From Massalongia carnosa (lineage: Eukaryota), in NCBI GenBank assembly GCA_965645245.1, contig OZ287067.1, positions 806,001-870,000 on the forward strand: a DNA stretch of 64,000 nt, written 5' to 3'. Made by a program: the position numbers and the translations under genes. This document shows positions 30,949-42,791 of the stretch, piece after piece; positions within the stretch are counted from its first letter, which is position 1, and each line of letters starts with the position of its first letter. The notes below the pieces were generated by a model. That model had not been told where the DNA came from. It ran no database searches and saw nothing but the letters and a program-made list of their open reading frames with translations.

Positions 30949-31596
30949 TGGAGAGGGGGGTCGGCTTGAGGGGTGGGCCTGTTGGAAATTTCATCCAAGC
31001 TTCGGTTATTATACCTACAGGTAAGCCAAGTAAAAAACTAGATTCTTCGAGCAAAAACGGGGGGCGTTCTTTCGGTTTCAATGCCTTCTCTTCTCCAGCC
31101 TACGGAGCTTGCGTGAATATCATACACACACACTACCTATCGATTAGATTACCCTTCACAGCAATAGCGGCGTCATTCTCACAGGAAGGTCCGTATCACA
31201 CAAAACAGACAGGGTAAACTGCGAAATCCACGGCTCGAAACTACCCATCTACACATCTCTCCCCTCTTTCCTTTCCCTTGTCCCCTTTCCCCCAACCCCA
31301 GCGCCCGCTCCAGCAGTAGCAGAAGTGAACTTGCATTCCTACATACATCGCAAAGCAAAGCAAAGCAAGCAAACGAAAAAGCAAGGAGAACTCCAGCCCG
31401 TCCGCTCGCATGGCCTTTGAGGAGAGGGAACGGGAGGGGGAGAGGGGGTGTAGAGATGATACTTGTTCTCCAAGAGCCAGAACCAGAGCCAGAAATTTAT
31501 CTTGCGCTAGACAAACGTAGGTAGATAGGTAGCGTAGGTAGCCAGCTAGCCGCATGTCTTATCGTTCCCCCAATACGGTACAAAGGGGGAAGGAAG

Positions 31597-33336
31597 CTAC
31601 CGCGCATCTCTCATGCCCCCGCTACTAGCCGTCACGTCCTCAATCTCCAGCTGCCACTCATCCACCTCGCGGAACTTGCGCGCCAGCCGCTGCAACTCGG
31701 CCTTCGCGTCTCCCCGCGGCGCCGTGGCTCCACTTCTCGCGTTCCCGTCCCCGTCGCCACCGTCGTTGTGGAGATCATCTCCGTCTCCTTCGTTCTCGTC
31801 GTTTGAGGCATCCACCACGACAACGGATTTCCGCGTATACGTCCTCTTAGGCTTTCCCGTTCCACTGGCTTTTTCCTTGCCACGTGGCTGCTGGGGTTTC
31901 CCGCGTTGCCTCTTGGTCTTTGGGTTTTTCGGGTCTGTCTCCCAGGCCGGATCGAGGGTGCGATGATTGCGAGCTTTGGCGCGGACTTTCACTTTGGTGT
32001 GAACGGTCAGTTCGTCCTCATCCTCGGCTAGGGCGGCAATGTCGAGTTCCGCGTCACTGCTGCTAGGGACGTCGAATACATCGCTTTGGCCCTGGTTGGG
32101 GTTTGGCCGCAGTCGACGGCGCGGGAGGAGGTTTTGGAGAGAGGCGGTAGTGAGAGGCTTCAAGGCGCCGGTGGTGGTAGAGGCGGTCAGGTGATGAGGG
32201 GTTGGTAGAACGGAGGGAGAGCGTGGAGGGTCGATGGAAGCGGAAGAGTGTTTTTTACGGGTAGAATTCGGTTTGACGCGTTGGGGCCTGGGAGGGGCCG
32301 GGCTGCTGCTGCCTTGAGGAGGAGCGAGAGTGTCGCTATGTGGACTTAAGGGTTGCGCGGCGGTTTTGGTAGATTGGTGAGGAAGGGGGGGGAGGGGGAG
32401 TGACGGCCTAAAATTTGTGTTTGGTTGACATGAGGGGAGATCGTAGATATTTTCCTCGGGCTCCAGCTCTGGCGTTGGTGATGATCTAGCTGGCGAGAAC
32501 GCCACGGCTCCTTCGGTATGTTGAGACATGGGCACTTGGATTTCTGGAGACGACAATTTTCGCTTCCGCGAGCTGGATGTTTGGTCTAAGGGTACAGAGG
32601 GCGGGGGCGGAGTAGGAGATCTATGCAGGCTTGGGTGTGAACGGGACTTGAGGAACGGGGTAGACTCATCGTCTGGGTGGAAATCATCTAGGTCCTCGTC
32701 GTCTTCGTCTTCGCTTTGCTGAGTCGCTTCTGCTTGGACAAGTCGCAGTAGACTAGGTTGTCGGGGCCTCCTCTTGAAGTTCGAAGCTCTCAGTATCGAT
32801 GCCGCAACACGAGGAGTCGCCTGGACGCTTCTCTCAGTACTATGACGTCTTTCCGGAATCTCTATAGATTTCATGATTTGGTGGCCTTGAATGGGTGGTT
32901 TGGCTGTTGCTTGCGGCTCAACGGGTATGGACGATGGTATTTGGATGTGTTCTTCTCTCTCCGCAGCCAGCGCCGCATCCATTCGTGCCTTTAACGCCTC
33001 AATGGCTTTGTTTGGTTCTGCATTCCTTTTCACTTTCGAAAGCAGTAGCTTTTTTCTGCCTGTCAAAGGTCCAGGTCGTGTTACTTCAGCGACTCCAGGA
33101 CGCAGCGCTCCACTCATTGTTGCCTCCTGCGCCGCGACATCGGCTCCCCCCCGGGCCTTGGCTTTCTTTGTTGTGACCAGATTATCGCCAGCATTACTGT
33201 TGTGAATGACGCGCTCTGACGAGGATGAAGCCGATAGCTCAAGCTGCTGTACGTTCTGCTTGTCGGTGGATTTTCTCACGCGTGTTGGGGCTGCCAGCGT
33301 TGAAGGCGCAAGTTTTGTGCGCTTGGGGCGAGGCAT
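31597..33336 (-). CDS. Low-complexity 579-aa protein; putative Sororin-like (Sor1) cohesion factor
   Basis: Intact single-exon ORF; C-terminal LARKFREVDEWQLEIEDV, basic patch with KRTYTRK, many S/T-P sites. The ORF is solid; the identity is inferred. Confidence 0.65.
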   Translation of the reverse strand: MPRPKRTKLAPSTLAAPTRVRKSTDKQNVQQLELSASSSSERVIHNSNAGDNLVTTKKAKARGGADVAAQEATMSGALRPGVAEVTRPGPLTGRKKLLLSKVKRNAEPNKAIEALKARMDAALAAEREEHIQIPSSIPVEPQATAKPPIQGHQIMKSIEIPERRHSTERSVQATPRVAASILRASNFKRRPRQPSLLRLVQAEATQQSEDEDDEDLDDFHPDDESTPFLKSRSHPSLHRSPTPPPPSVPLDQTSSSRKRKLSSPEIQVPMSQHTEGAVAFSPARSSPTPELEPEENIYDLPSCQPNTNFRPSLPLPPLPHQSTKTAAQPLSPHSDTLAPPQGSSSPAPPRPQRVKPNSTRKKHSSASIDPPRSPSVLPTPHHLTASTTTGALKPLTTASLQNLLPRRRLRPNPNQGQSDVFDVPSSSDAELDIAALAEDEDELTVHTKVKVRAKARNHRTLDPAWETDPKNPKTKRQRGKPQQPRGKEKASGTGKPKRTYTRKSVVVVDASNDENEGDGDDLHNDGGDGDGNARSGATAPRGDAKAELQRLARKFREVDEWQLEIEDVTASSGGMRDAR

Positions 33337-33446
33337 GATATAGATAAATGGGATCGAGAGGATGATTGATGTGATTTGTGCCCGCTGTCACGAGGGGAGA
33401 GATATCTTGTTCATCTAGAAGATTGTACCGTTGACATCAGTTCTTG

Positions 33447-33452
33447 ACGCGT
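33447..33452. promoter_or_regulatory. MCB box (ACGCGT) about 110 bp upstream of the Sororin-like gene
   Basis: Exact ACGCGT. Confidence 0.45.
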
Positions 33453-34932
33453 TTGGATTTTCGAAGAGTTGCCCGTGTATCTTGGCAGTTGTTATGTAAT
33501 GATTTTTTGTCCACTTAGGGACTAGTGGTAGTAGCGTTAATCCAACCCACAACGGAGTGATCTTTTACTCTATAGCCACAGAGTACAGAGTAAGAATACA
33601 GAATTGCGGATACTGAATTATAGACACAGGAACTCGACAAATTTCCCAACAACCGCGCTTGGCTCCGAAAATCATGACGAAGGCAGGCTACATACAGAAT
33701 AAGCTGACAATGTACTACACAATCTCTGCAATGACACTCTCTGCCTTCCAACATGCTTCAATTCTCCTTGTTTTGTGAGAATGCCAAGAATGCCAAGAAT
33801 GCTAAGCAATTCCATACGGCAGTGCAACGCTGGCTTTTCGCAATGATATACGCAGAGTCTATCTAACCGTACACCTTGAACATGAGAAGGTACTGCTAGC
33901 GAAAAAGACTGCACTGACTCTCTCTCTCGGCATCGCTAAATGATCAATATACTGATGGGAGTAATTGGAGCATTGACGATAAGGATTGGATGCCATGTTT
34001 GATGAAGGGAAGAAAGGAGAGAGAAAGAAAGAGAAGGAGAGGGAGTGTTTTTGGCACGTGACAGATGAGGAGAGCGAGCGTCTAACTGAGACGGGGTTTC
34101 CCGAAGTAGAATCGCGTAAATACAAATACAGTTCCACAAAGATTTCCGAGCTTTCCAAGTTTTCCACCAACCAACCGAGATGCCCGTTCGGAGTTTGCAC
34201 TTTTGGCGCATTCGGGATATCGTCACTAAAAACAGTGCTAATGCAGGGCTACCTAGATGGCGTCAAGCCAATTCTCTTCCTACTCGGTCTCATCAGAAAC
34301 AACTACAGAGTATTACAGAGTGTTACCGAGTACTCTACTTTGCAAAGCTTCTTGTACAAACTCCTTCACATGCTTTTCCTGTAATTACTTATCATACATA
34401 AACAATAATTAATACAGACCATGATCCCTTCGCGTCACCCGATGGACCCGTGGTCTTCCTGGGCGTGGCTTTCATCCTTCGTTGTTCAGGCTTCATCCTA
34501 AGCAGTTCCTCTACTCAACCGCCTATTACACCAACTGCCCATTCGTGGAGCCTCAGACTTGAGCCGAGCTTACATCTTTGGTCCTTGAATCCAGTCTTTA
34601 CAGCCCATCCCTTGACATCAATTGCGACTTGTAAGCTCTTCATTCGAGTCATAACGCCGAAGACAGTCGTGCAGGAGCGTCCTTGCGGAACAGAGAGCGT
34701 TAATGGATCATTCACCAGGAACAGCTCCATAACGACCGTTTTTTGTCACCGTTCAGCCTTTAATTACTCTCGAATACCTTTCCATGTCTCCATAGCGACG
34801 CTTGACCTTTTCGTCTAGAATCCTGCAAGTGAGCGTTCAAATATACAATTTTTCTTGGTCGCGTGATCGATTTCAAATTCTTGCCGTAAGGATCACCACC
34901 CACCAAGGGGTTTGGTTCAACGTCCTGTAAGA

Positions 34933-36287
34933 ATGGCTGCAAGCCTTACGCTTCTCGAATCACCACCGCAATGGAATAGCCAACCGATGTACAACCTGCC
35001 GCCATGGGGAGAACCGCTGGTATGCCGCCCACACGCCACCTTTTGGTAGCCTGCAATGCTGATATCATTCGTTCCATAGATTATTGTAAGCATACTGCTA
35101 GGTTCCATGATAATGACTAGACGGCGGAAATTCAAGATATTAGGAAGCCGGCAGGATAGCTACTATAATTCCCTGCTCGACGATTCGAGCTTGGCCGGTT
35201 CTTCGGATAACCTCCTAGGAACTGATCCATACGACGAGTCCGATTCACAAGAGCCTCTTTCTACGTCCAAGCACCTCCCAAAAAGGCGTCGATGCTGTGG
35301 AATGGCCGTCTACACCCCGAATACCTCGCGTTTTTCCGACCACCTCCACAGCCGCATATTACAAAAGTTTCCGTTCCTGGTTGAAATGTTTTATTGGATC
35401 ATCACATATCATTTCTATCGAATGACAAAGATCGTGTCGCAGCAAATTTTCTCCGGGTCCATATGGGAAGTAGCACAAGGCAATGGCATGGCCGTGCTGG
35501 CGTTTGAACAGTTCAGCTGGCTGAGCTTCCTCTTCCCTTACAAAGAGCATGATGTTCAGCAGTGGTTTATGAACGGCCATCAAACAGCATTGACTATTCT
35601 CAACAGAGCGTATGCTCTAATCCATATCCCTGGCACTGTAGGGTGGGTTTATTTTTTCCAATCTGCAAAATGGGACTCCATCCCGAATGAGAAGCTGAAC
35701 TGACCCATTTCGCATGTAGTTTCATCGCCTGGTACTATTACATGGCCCCGTCCCACAACTCCTTCGCTGCCATTCGGCGCACCTTAACCTTAACGAACCT
35801 CTTCGCCTTTCTAACTTTCACCCTCTTCCCCTGCATGCCACCGCGCCTATTACCCCAGGAATTCGGCTTCCTCGATTCGGTGCACCACGACAACGCAAAC
35901 AGCATCTGGATGAGCGGCAAGTACGTCAACTCGCTGGCCGCGATGCCGAGCATGCATTTTGGCTACGCGTTCGTCATCGGCTGCACCATGGTTCATCACT
36001 CGGCCATTCTCCGACGCTCGCTCGAGAAGGGCGAGGTTCGCCAATCCTTGCTAAGCAAGACGTTCTATCTGCTCTTCGGCTTGGGATATCCGTCGATGAT
36101 TCTCATCGCCATCATTGCGACCGCGAACCATTATTGGCTCGACGCCCTGGTAGCCAGCATCGTGGCGTCTCTGGCCTATCTGTGCAATAGCATCTTCTTG
36201 GCTCTGCTCCCGCTAGAGGATATGCTCCTTTGGGTAATCCGTATCGAGAAGCCGATTCCGTCCACGGGCGAACGGCTCCAGAAGTAA
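34933..36287 (+). CDS. PAP2-superfamily (Aur1/Ipt1-like) integral membrane protein, 3 exons
   Basis: PCMPPRL, AAMPSMHFG and ATANHYWLD motifs with hydrophobic segments; introns 35020-35079 and about 35643-35719. Confidence 0.85.
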
Positions 36288-36903
36288 TATCTTTGTCCGT
36301 CGGTGGGTGGCGGCTTTCTTCCCAGCTCGGGGATTTTGTTTTCGAGCAGCATGAAAGAATGAGCGTATTCCACCGTGAGCGTTGTTTTTGCTGCATTTAT
36401 AGCGAGGGAACTTGGTGTATAGTTGGTCTGTTGGCCCACCCGTATGAAACGTGAGCGCCCGTTTTGGTACATATCAGACGGAGAAAGGGCACATAAAGGA
36501 AGTCCTTGACTTCGGACCCGGAGATACCCTCTCTTCCTGAAAACGCAGTTTCATAATTTACGTTACGCACTGTTTCAAGGTTCTCATTTCAAGCCCTCCT
36601 CCGTCCTAGAAAAAAATCCCCCCACAATCCGATTAGTGAAGCCTGCTGCATACTATCCGTTCCCCTCCTTGATTCCTTCCTTTTTCTCCTTCCTATCATT
36701 GGTCTATCTCGAGATTTCATGCCTTTTATCATCCTTTTTTACCTCCACCCCCTTCAATTCAAACAAATCCCTAGCCACATTGTCTCCTTTCATTGATTCT
36801 CCCGTTCATTGACGTATCTATCCCCCCTTTCCTTTCCACCGATTTACATCTCATCACCCATCCCTATTCCCCTATTCCCCAATTCCCGTTCACATCTCCC
36901 TTT

Positions 36904-36907
<4 letters not shown>

Positions 36908-36941
<34 letters not shown>

Positions 36942-36990
36942 ACATACATTACCCCTTTTTCCTTTTCCTTTTCCTTTTCCTTTTCCTTTT
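36908..36990. repeat. Compound (CT)n and (CCTTTT)n microsatellites
   Basis: Directly visible in a pyrimidine-rich intergenic tract. Confidence 0.85.
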
Positions 36991-37322
36991 CTGTTCTGTT
37001 CTGGTGTTTTTTTTCGGGAAATGCTTATTTATTCTGCCAATTCTACTTGCTGGTAATAAGTAAATGGTGGATTAGGTGGGTTGGGTGTATAATATATATT
37101 ATATATATAGAAAGAGAGAGAGGGAGGGAGGGGGATATGTAAATAGGGTGGTAAGCGGGTTTGATGTGTGTATAGGTAGGTAGGTAGGTAAGGAGGGAGG
37201 GAGTGGGTAGGTGGGTAGGTAAGATAGGTAGATGAATAACATGAGAAAGGATAATGAGAATACAATACACAAACAAATCCTCCCCCCTCCCCCCTTCTTA
37301 TCTCCTTTTTGTAGTCGAATTA

Positions 37323-39573
37323 ACGTAATTCACCGCTATTCGGAACACCCGCTTATTCGGAACTAACAAATTTAATACCAACCTTCGTAATTTATTCGTA
37401 TCCACGAAACTTCCAGCACATGTACTCGGGAATTGATGAACAGGTTCTAGAGAATATATGTAGCTAGCATAAGCTTGTAGAGCTACAATTTACGAGTGTT
37501 ACAAATGACACGACCGCGCGAGCTAACCCGAACCTCTAAAACTTCCTCCTTCTCCCCCCCTTTCCTACTATTTCCACATCACCCTGTACCAACTCAATGG
37601 TATTTTTCTTTCTTGATATACATTTTCCTTTATTCAGAGCAGTTTTTTAAACCCTAGGTCACCCTCAACTGTCTCCTCAAAAATATGAGTTGTTATCTGA
37701 AGAAGGTCGTGAAAAGCGTTTTGAAAGATAGAATCGTCTCGTTTCTTATTTTTAGGTAAAGATCGAGCTGTTACGAGATCAGGCCCGTATATCAGGTCGG
37801 GTCCAAGTCGCATTAGGTCTTTAGATACCTGAGAAAATAGTCGATAGTTCTGTTTTTCTTTCCTTACCTGTGATCTAGCCTCTTTCTCCTTTTTCTTATT
37901 TTCAGCTAGTTGTCTTCTTTTCTCTACATCTTCTAAACTCAATAAGCGAGCCCCTTGACCATCGTATTGAGTGCCCGTATTAGTACGATTCAAGACAATA
38001 CGATCAGCCATAGCAAGTCTAGCTGCTTTAAGGGTTTTTTGTAGAAGAGTAAGCTTAGGGGAATCGAGAGTCTGATGGCGAAATAGTAATATAAGCTCCT
38101 CAACCTCTGAGACTTGTTCTATGTTTCCTGGGTGTTGGTGGTATTTGGCCTGAAAGATAACGCGTTTGAATAGGAGTACTAGCGTCAGGTAGAGTGTCAT
38201 CGTTCGTATGAGGCTTAGCTGATATTTTGTCAAAGACAGCGGAAGGATTGTATGGAATAATTCCAGTAGCTCGCCATGCTGATTGTATATTTCGAGCAGT
38301 AATACCCTGTTGCCTAGCTTTTTGTATTAAAGAAATGAAATCAGCCTTGTCGATATTGTAGGTTATAACCCGTGTTTTCTCAGCTAGCAACGTTCTATAA
38401 TTTTGTTTTAAACGGCCAAATACCCCAACATCAAGAGGCTGTAATAAGTGTGTTGAGTGTGCTGGTAGACATAGACAAACTATTTTATGTTCCCGGGTAA
38501 ATCGGATAAATTCAGTCGACACATAAGATGCATGCCCGTCAATAATAACCATTCGATATTCACCACGGAGGTAAGCTCTTGTTGTTAGCTCAAAACAGTC
38601 ACGCATCTACTCCATACAGAGCTTGTTATCAGTCTAGCCGTTTTCACTTAGTGAAATACGAGTACTCGGTTCCATATTACTAGGATACCAATCATCTTTC
38701 CATCTCTTACCCTTTAAATTAACAAATAACGGTAATCGACGACCAGTGGTACCAATAGCTTCAATGAGGGACGCCCATTCCCGATTACCAGCTTGATTTA
38801 TAAATGCCTGTTTCCGGTATTTTGAAAATACCACCTTTGAACTCCCCGCAATACCCATCATATAACCGTTTTCATCCATGTTGTATGTATCCTCGTCTAA
38901 TATACCATGTTGGGCCTTAATAGACAGATACAGATCGAACCACTGCTGTATTGAATCCCGATTTTGAGCTAAAAACCGTTCTTGATCAAGCGTACGGCTA
39001 TATTTTGACTGTAGTATAGGATGACGGTTGAGGAATTTTTCCGACCAGTTTTTGCCCAGTTCTTTAAAATCCTGTTTGGCTCGTAATAATTCTTCTGCCA
39101 TTTCGCGTAACTGCGCTATTCTAGGCGGAAATCCCCAAGTAGCACCCAACTCTGAAGAGATCCTTCCTCCTCGGGCGTTAACCTCTGCTTTGAAGTAACG
39201 TATGATACCTGGTCCTGGCGACCGTTTATCCTGTGGTACAATATTGTTTTCGGTACCGCATGGAGCCAAGTAGCTTGCGTAATAGATAACGACCCTTCTG
39301 CCTCCTCATAGACCTTAACAGCCTGTTTTAAACGTTCTTTAACCTCGTCTTTCAAGGTAGTACGCAATCCCGATTTTGTAACACGAAACTGCCGGAAGAA
39401 GCCATTTCAGAGATGTAATTTATCGATAATCAGCTATTATAATAATTATAATACCCTTTGCCTTATTATATCAGTTTTAGGGTTTTCTTCAATAAGTTGT
39501 AGAAGAGATAATGGTTGAAAGTAAGTTTCGTGGTTTTGTTAGTTCCGAATAAGCGAATACAGATGAATTACGT
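37323..39573 (-). mobile_element. pogo/Fot1-family DNA transposon, full length, inactivated
   Basis: TIRs ACGTAATTCA..GCTTATTCGGAACTAACAAA and TTTGTTAGTTCCGAATAAGC..TGAATTACGT, with TA on both sides (37321-37322, 39574-39575). Transposase has HTH domains, NMDENG, IIDGH and QPLDVG, with frameshifts and two TAG stops. Confidence 0.95.
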
Positions 39574-39755
39574 TATGCTAAAGGAAATACGAGGAAATAC
39601 GTGAAAAAAAAGCACGGACAAGTAGGTAAGATGGTAAGCAATGAGTATCTGATGCGAAAAGCTCCCTAGATGCGAACCCAACCCGTCCCATTTCTCTCCC
39701 ACCGCGAAAAACTCCCTATGCACACACACAGCCACACAGAGCCACAGCCCACCGC

Positions 39756-40847
39756 CTACCTCTCCCCCCTCACCCTCTTCCGCGCGCTCTTCCCCCCCTC
39801 CCCCTCCTCCCGCCTCCGGTCCCGCTTCTCCTCCACGTCCAGCACGAACGACAGGACATCGAACGCGAACTCGGGGAACTCGAGACACATGGCGCGGAAG
39901 GAGCCCTCGGTCTCGTGGCGCAGCACGTGCGAGCGCTGGCCCCAGAAGGAGGCGACGGGCTTGCGGATCGTGACGTCCGTCGGCGCCGTGTAGCTATACA
40001 CGTAGCGGGCGTAGGCGATTTCGGCCAGCGCCGTCGACGTGATCAGGTGAATTTTCGAGTGGGAGAGGGATTTGAGAGCCTGGGTTTGATCTGGTTAGGG
40101 AGAGGGGAGAAGGAGGAAGGAAGGAAAAGGGGGGTTCGCGGGGTTACGGACGGTGATGCCGAGTTTTTCGGCCAGGGTGTAGACTTTGGCGTGTTTGAGC
40201 AGCTGCGCGCCAGTGTCATCGATGGAGGGCGCGGAGGGATCCACTTGCAGGGTTCCGGCACTGGTCCTATGCGGGAAATATTCGCCCGTGTAGAGATATT
40301 CCAGGAAGCAGCTGGTGGCGTCAAGATCGTCGTCTAGGAGCTCGATGCGGCGGTTCTGGATATTAGGCGGGCACAAATGTTTAGTTTTCTGTCTGTGAGA
40401 GATTTTTTTTTTAGCTCACCAGGGAAATGGGTGAGATTTACAGTCGATTCAGCAATTGCGGAAGAGAAGAAGGGCGAGCGGGTCAGCAGCGCTTGATGCG
40501 CCGTCAGGAGCGTTTGGTCTGCACCAGTCCCCACGACGATCTCAATGATGGGCGACTTGAGGAAACTGAAGTGGAAGTGGGATTAGTGGATTTTTCGAGA
40601 GTTGAGTTGAACATGTTGTTTGAGAAGAAGATTCATGGCGATGCGCCAAAGGCAAGGGAGGAGCTCACTCCACAAAGGTGGCTCTCGGCTGCGGCTCCAG
40701 GATCGTGCCATCGCCGTCCTCAATCCCCTCTATTTCTTCACTAGCAGCGCCTGCTTCCTCAACGTCACCGCCCGCGCCATCTCCCGCTTGCATTCCAACG
40801 TCGCCGGAATCATTGCCGAGAGAAATGCGCACTTCGGGGTCTGCCAT
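39756..40847 (-). CDS. BTB/POZ-like domain protein (multi-exon)
   Basis: SPIIEIVVG..LTAHQALLTRSPFF, CFLEYLYTGEYFP, LLKHAKVYTLAEKLG and YARYVY..IRKPVASFW. Confidence 0.85.
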
Positions 40848-41141
40848 GGTTTATTGGAGGCTGTATAGACGTAGCGTTCTTCACGCTCTTCTAGTAATGT
40901 GATCTATGAAAAGGCCACAATTCATAGGTAATGATAATTAAAAGGGCCAATAAGTGACTCATGCGCCTCGAAACGAGAGTAAAATACGCAATTGATACCA
41001 ATTACAGAACGTAAAATCAGTATCATTATAGTTACAGAGTATAGCAGCAAGACATGTTCTCCTCCTCAACCAAAGAATGTGGGTAAAGATAGAGACCAAG
41101 AAGACGGAGACAGAAGGCTGAGTCAATAAGAGGAAGAGGGA

Positions 41142-41178
41142 GAGGCAGAGGCAGAGGCAGAGGCAGAGGCAGAGGCAG
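41142..41178. repeat. (GAGGCA)n hexamer repeat
   Basis: Directly visible. Confidence 0.85.
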
Positions 41179-41461
41179 TGACAGTAACCGCCTCGTGCCT
41201 TTTATTGCGGCTTTTTCCCAGCCTCTTTTTTGAGTGGTTTGAGTGGGTTCGAGTGGTTCCTGCATCCACGCACTAACGCGTCATGCACAGATCTGCAGCT
41301 GGCCTGTGCGCCGGCTTGGGCCGTAACGTGCCCGGGAGGGGGCTAATTAGTCATCTTGGAGGGGTATTGCCTCATTCGTCATTACTTGAACAATAACTAA
41401 CAAGTAAAGAGTACCCTGCACCTATCAACTACAGCAACTCCCCATCCACCCGTCTTCCACA

Positions 41462-42571
41462 ATGGCCCGGCAGCGAATGCGTCAGTCTGCCAATATCCCA
41501 ATAACCACCTCCATGCAACTAACCCCACAGCTCCACCCGAGCTCCGGCATCCACAGCAAATCCCGCCCTCTTGTACGTCAAGCCGTCATGCCTGAATCCT
41601 TTCATGCCTGAATCCCTTCCGCCCTTTCTTATTTTATCGGAATCAATGCTTAAACAAAACCCTACCTCTTCTTTAGTGTTTGCGACATCCAAGAGAAGTT
41701 CCGCCCGGCAATATGGGAATATCCAAAAGTGTACTTCTTCCTCCCTCCACCCCAATCACCTTAAGTCAACCCAGCCAGCTAACAAACCAACCCCTACCCC
41801 CCACCCATCACTAGCATATCCACTGCTCAAAAAATGATAAGAGCTTGTCCGCCTCCTCTCCTCCTTTTCCCTCCCTCCCCTCCCCAACCCAATTCCTCTA
41901 CCTAATCCCAAATCTCCTTCTCACAGGCCAAATACTCTCAATTCCCATCCTCCTCACCACGCAAAACGCCTCCCGGCTCGGCCCCATCTGCTCCGAAATC
42001 GCCCTCCTCCTCCATCCCGACACGCCCATCTACGATAAAACAGCGTTCAGCATGATGGCCATCCCCGACCTGCGCGCGGCCCTAGACGCCGGGATGCCGG
42101 ACCCGCAGATGCAGCTGCAGCAGCCACAACCGCAGCGAGGGTCGTTCCAGATCGCCATCGTGGGCATCGAAACGCACATTTGCGTGACGCAGACGGCGCT
42201 AGACTTGTTGGCCGAGGGGCATGGCGTGTATGTGCTGGCGGACGGGGTGAGCAGTTGCCATGCGGGGGAGGTGGGCGTGGCGTTGAGGCGCTTGGCGAGG
42301 GAGGGGGCGGTGGTGACGACGAGTGAGGGGTGGCTGTATGAATGTATGGGGGACGCGGCGATTCCCGAGTAGGTGCTTGTAGTACTTTGGTTTCACGCGT
42401 CCTGTCTTGTCTCCTCTTCCCCGTACCTTGGAACGTTTCCGCCACTTCTTTCTGACGAGGATACTGCAGGTTTGACTGACGGGGCGAAACAGGTTCAGGG
42501 AGATTGCGAAACTGGTCAAGGAGACAAAGGAAAGCACCAAGGATTCCGTACAGACACTCGGGAAGATGTAG
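41462..42571 (+). CDS. Isochorismatase-family hydrolase (ISOC1/2-like), many small exons
   Basis: CDIQEKFR exon, TTQNASRLG, DKTAFSM, VGIETHICVTQT and TTSEGWLYE; last exon EFREIAKLVKE..LGKM*. Confidence 0.88.
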
Positions 42572-42791
42572 AGGGATTCCCCCGGGGGCACCTGCAAGAA
42601 CTCGGGGCGCGCAGAAACAGGAATTTTTGGGGTTAACATTCAAATGATGCATCTATCTATTGTGAATTGATGCAGAGCGCATCAGACGTTGAACTATCGT
42701 ACATGGAGCGTAGCAAAAGAGCACCTCATCCCTTGCCGTGTCTAGAGGAGCAATCAAATCCACCTTGCCTGCTCCCGTCCACCTCGATGAC

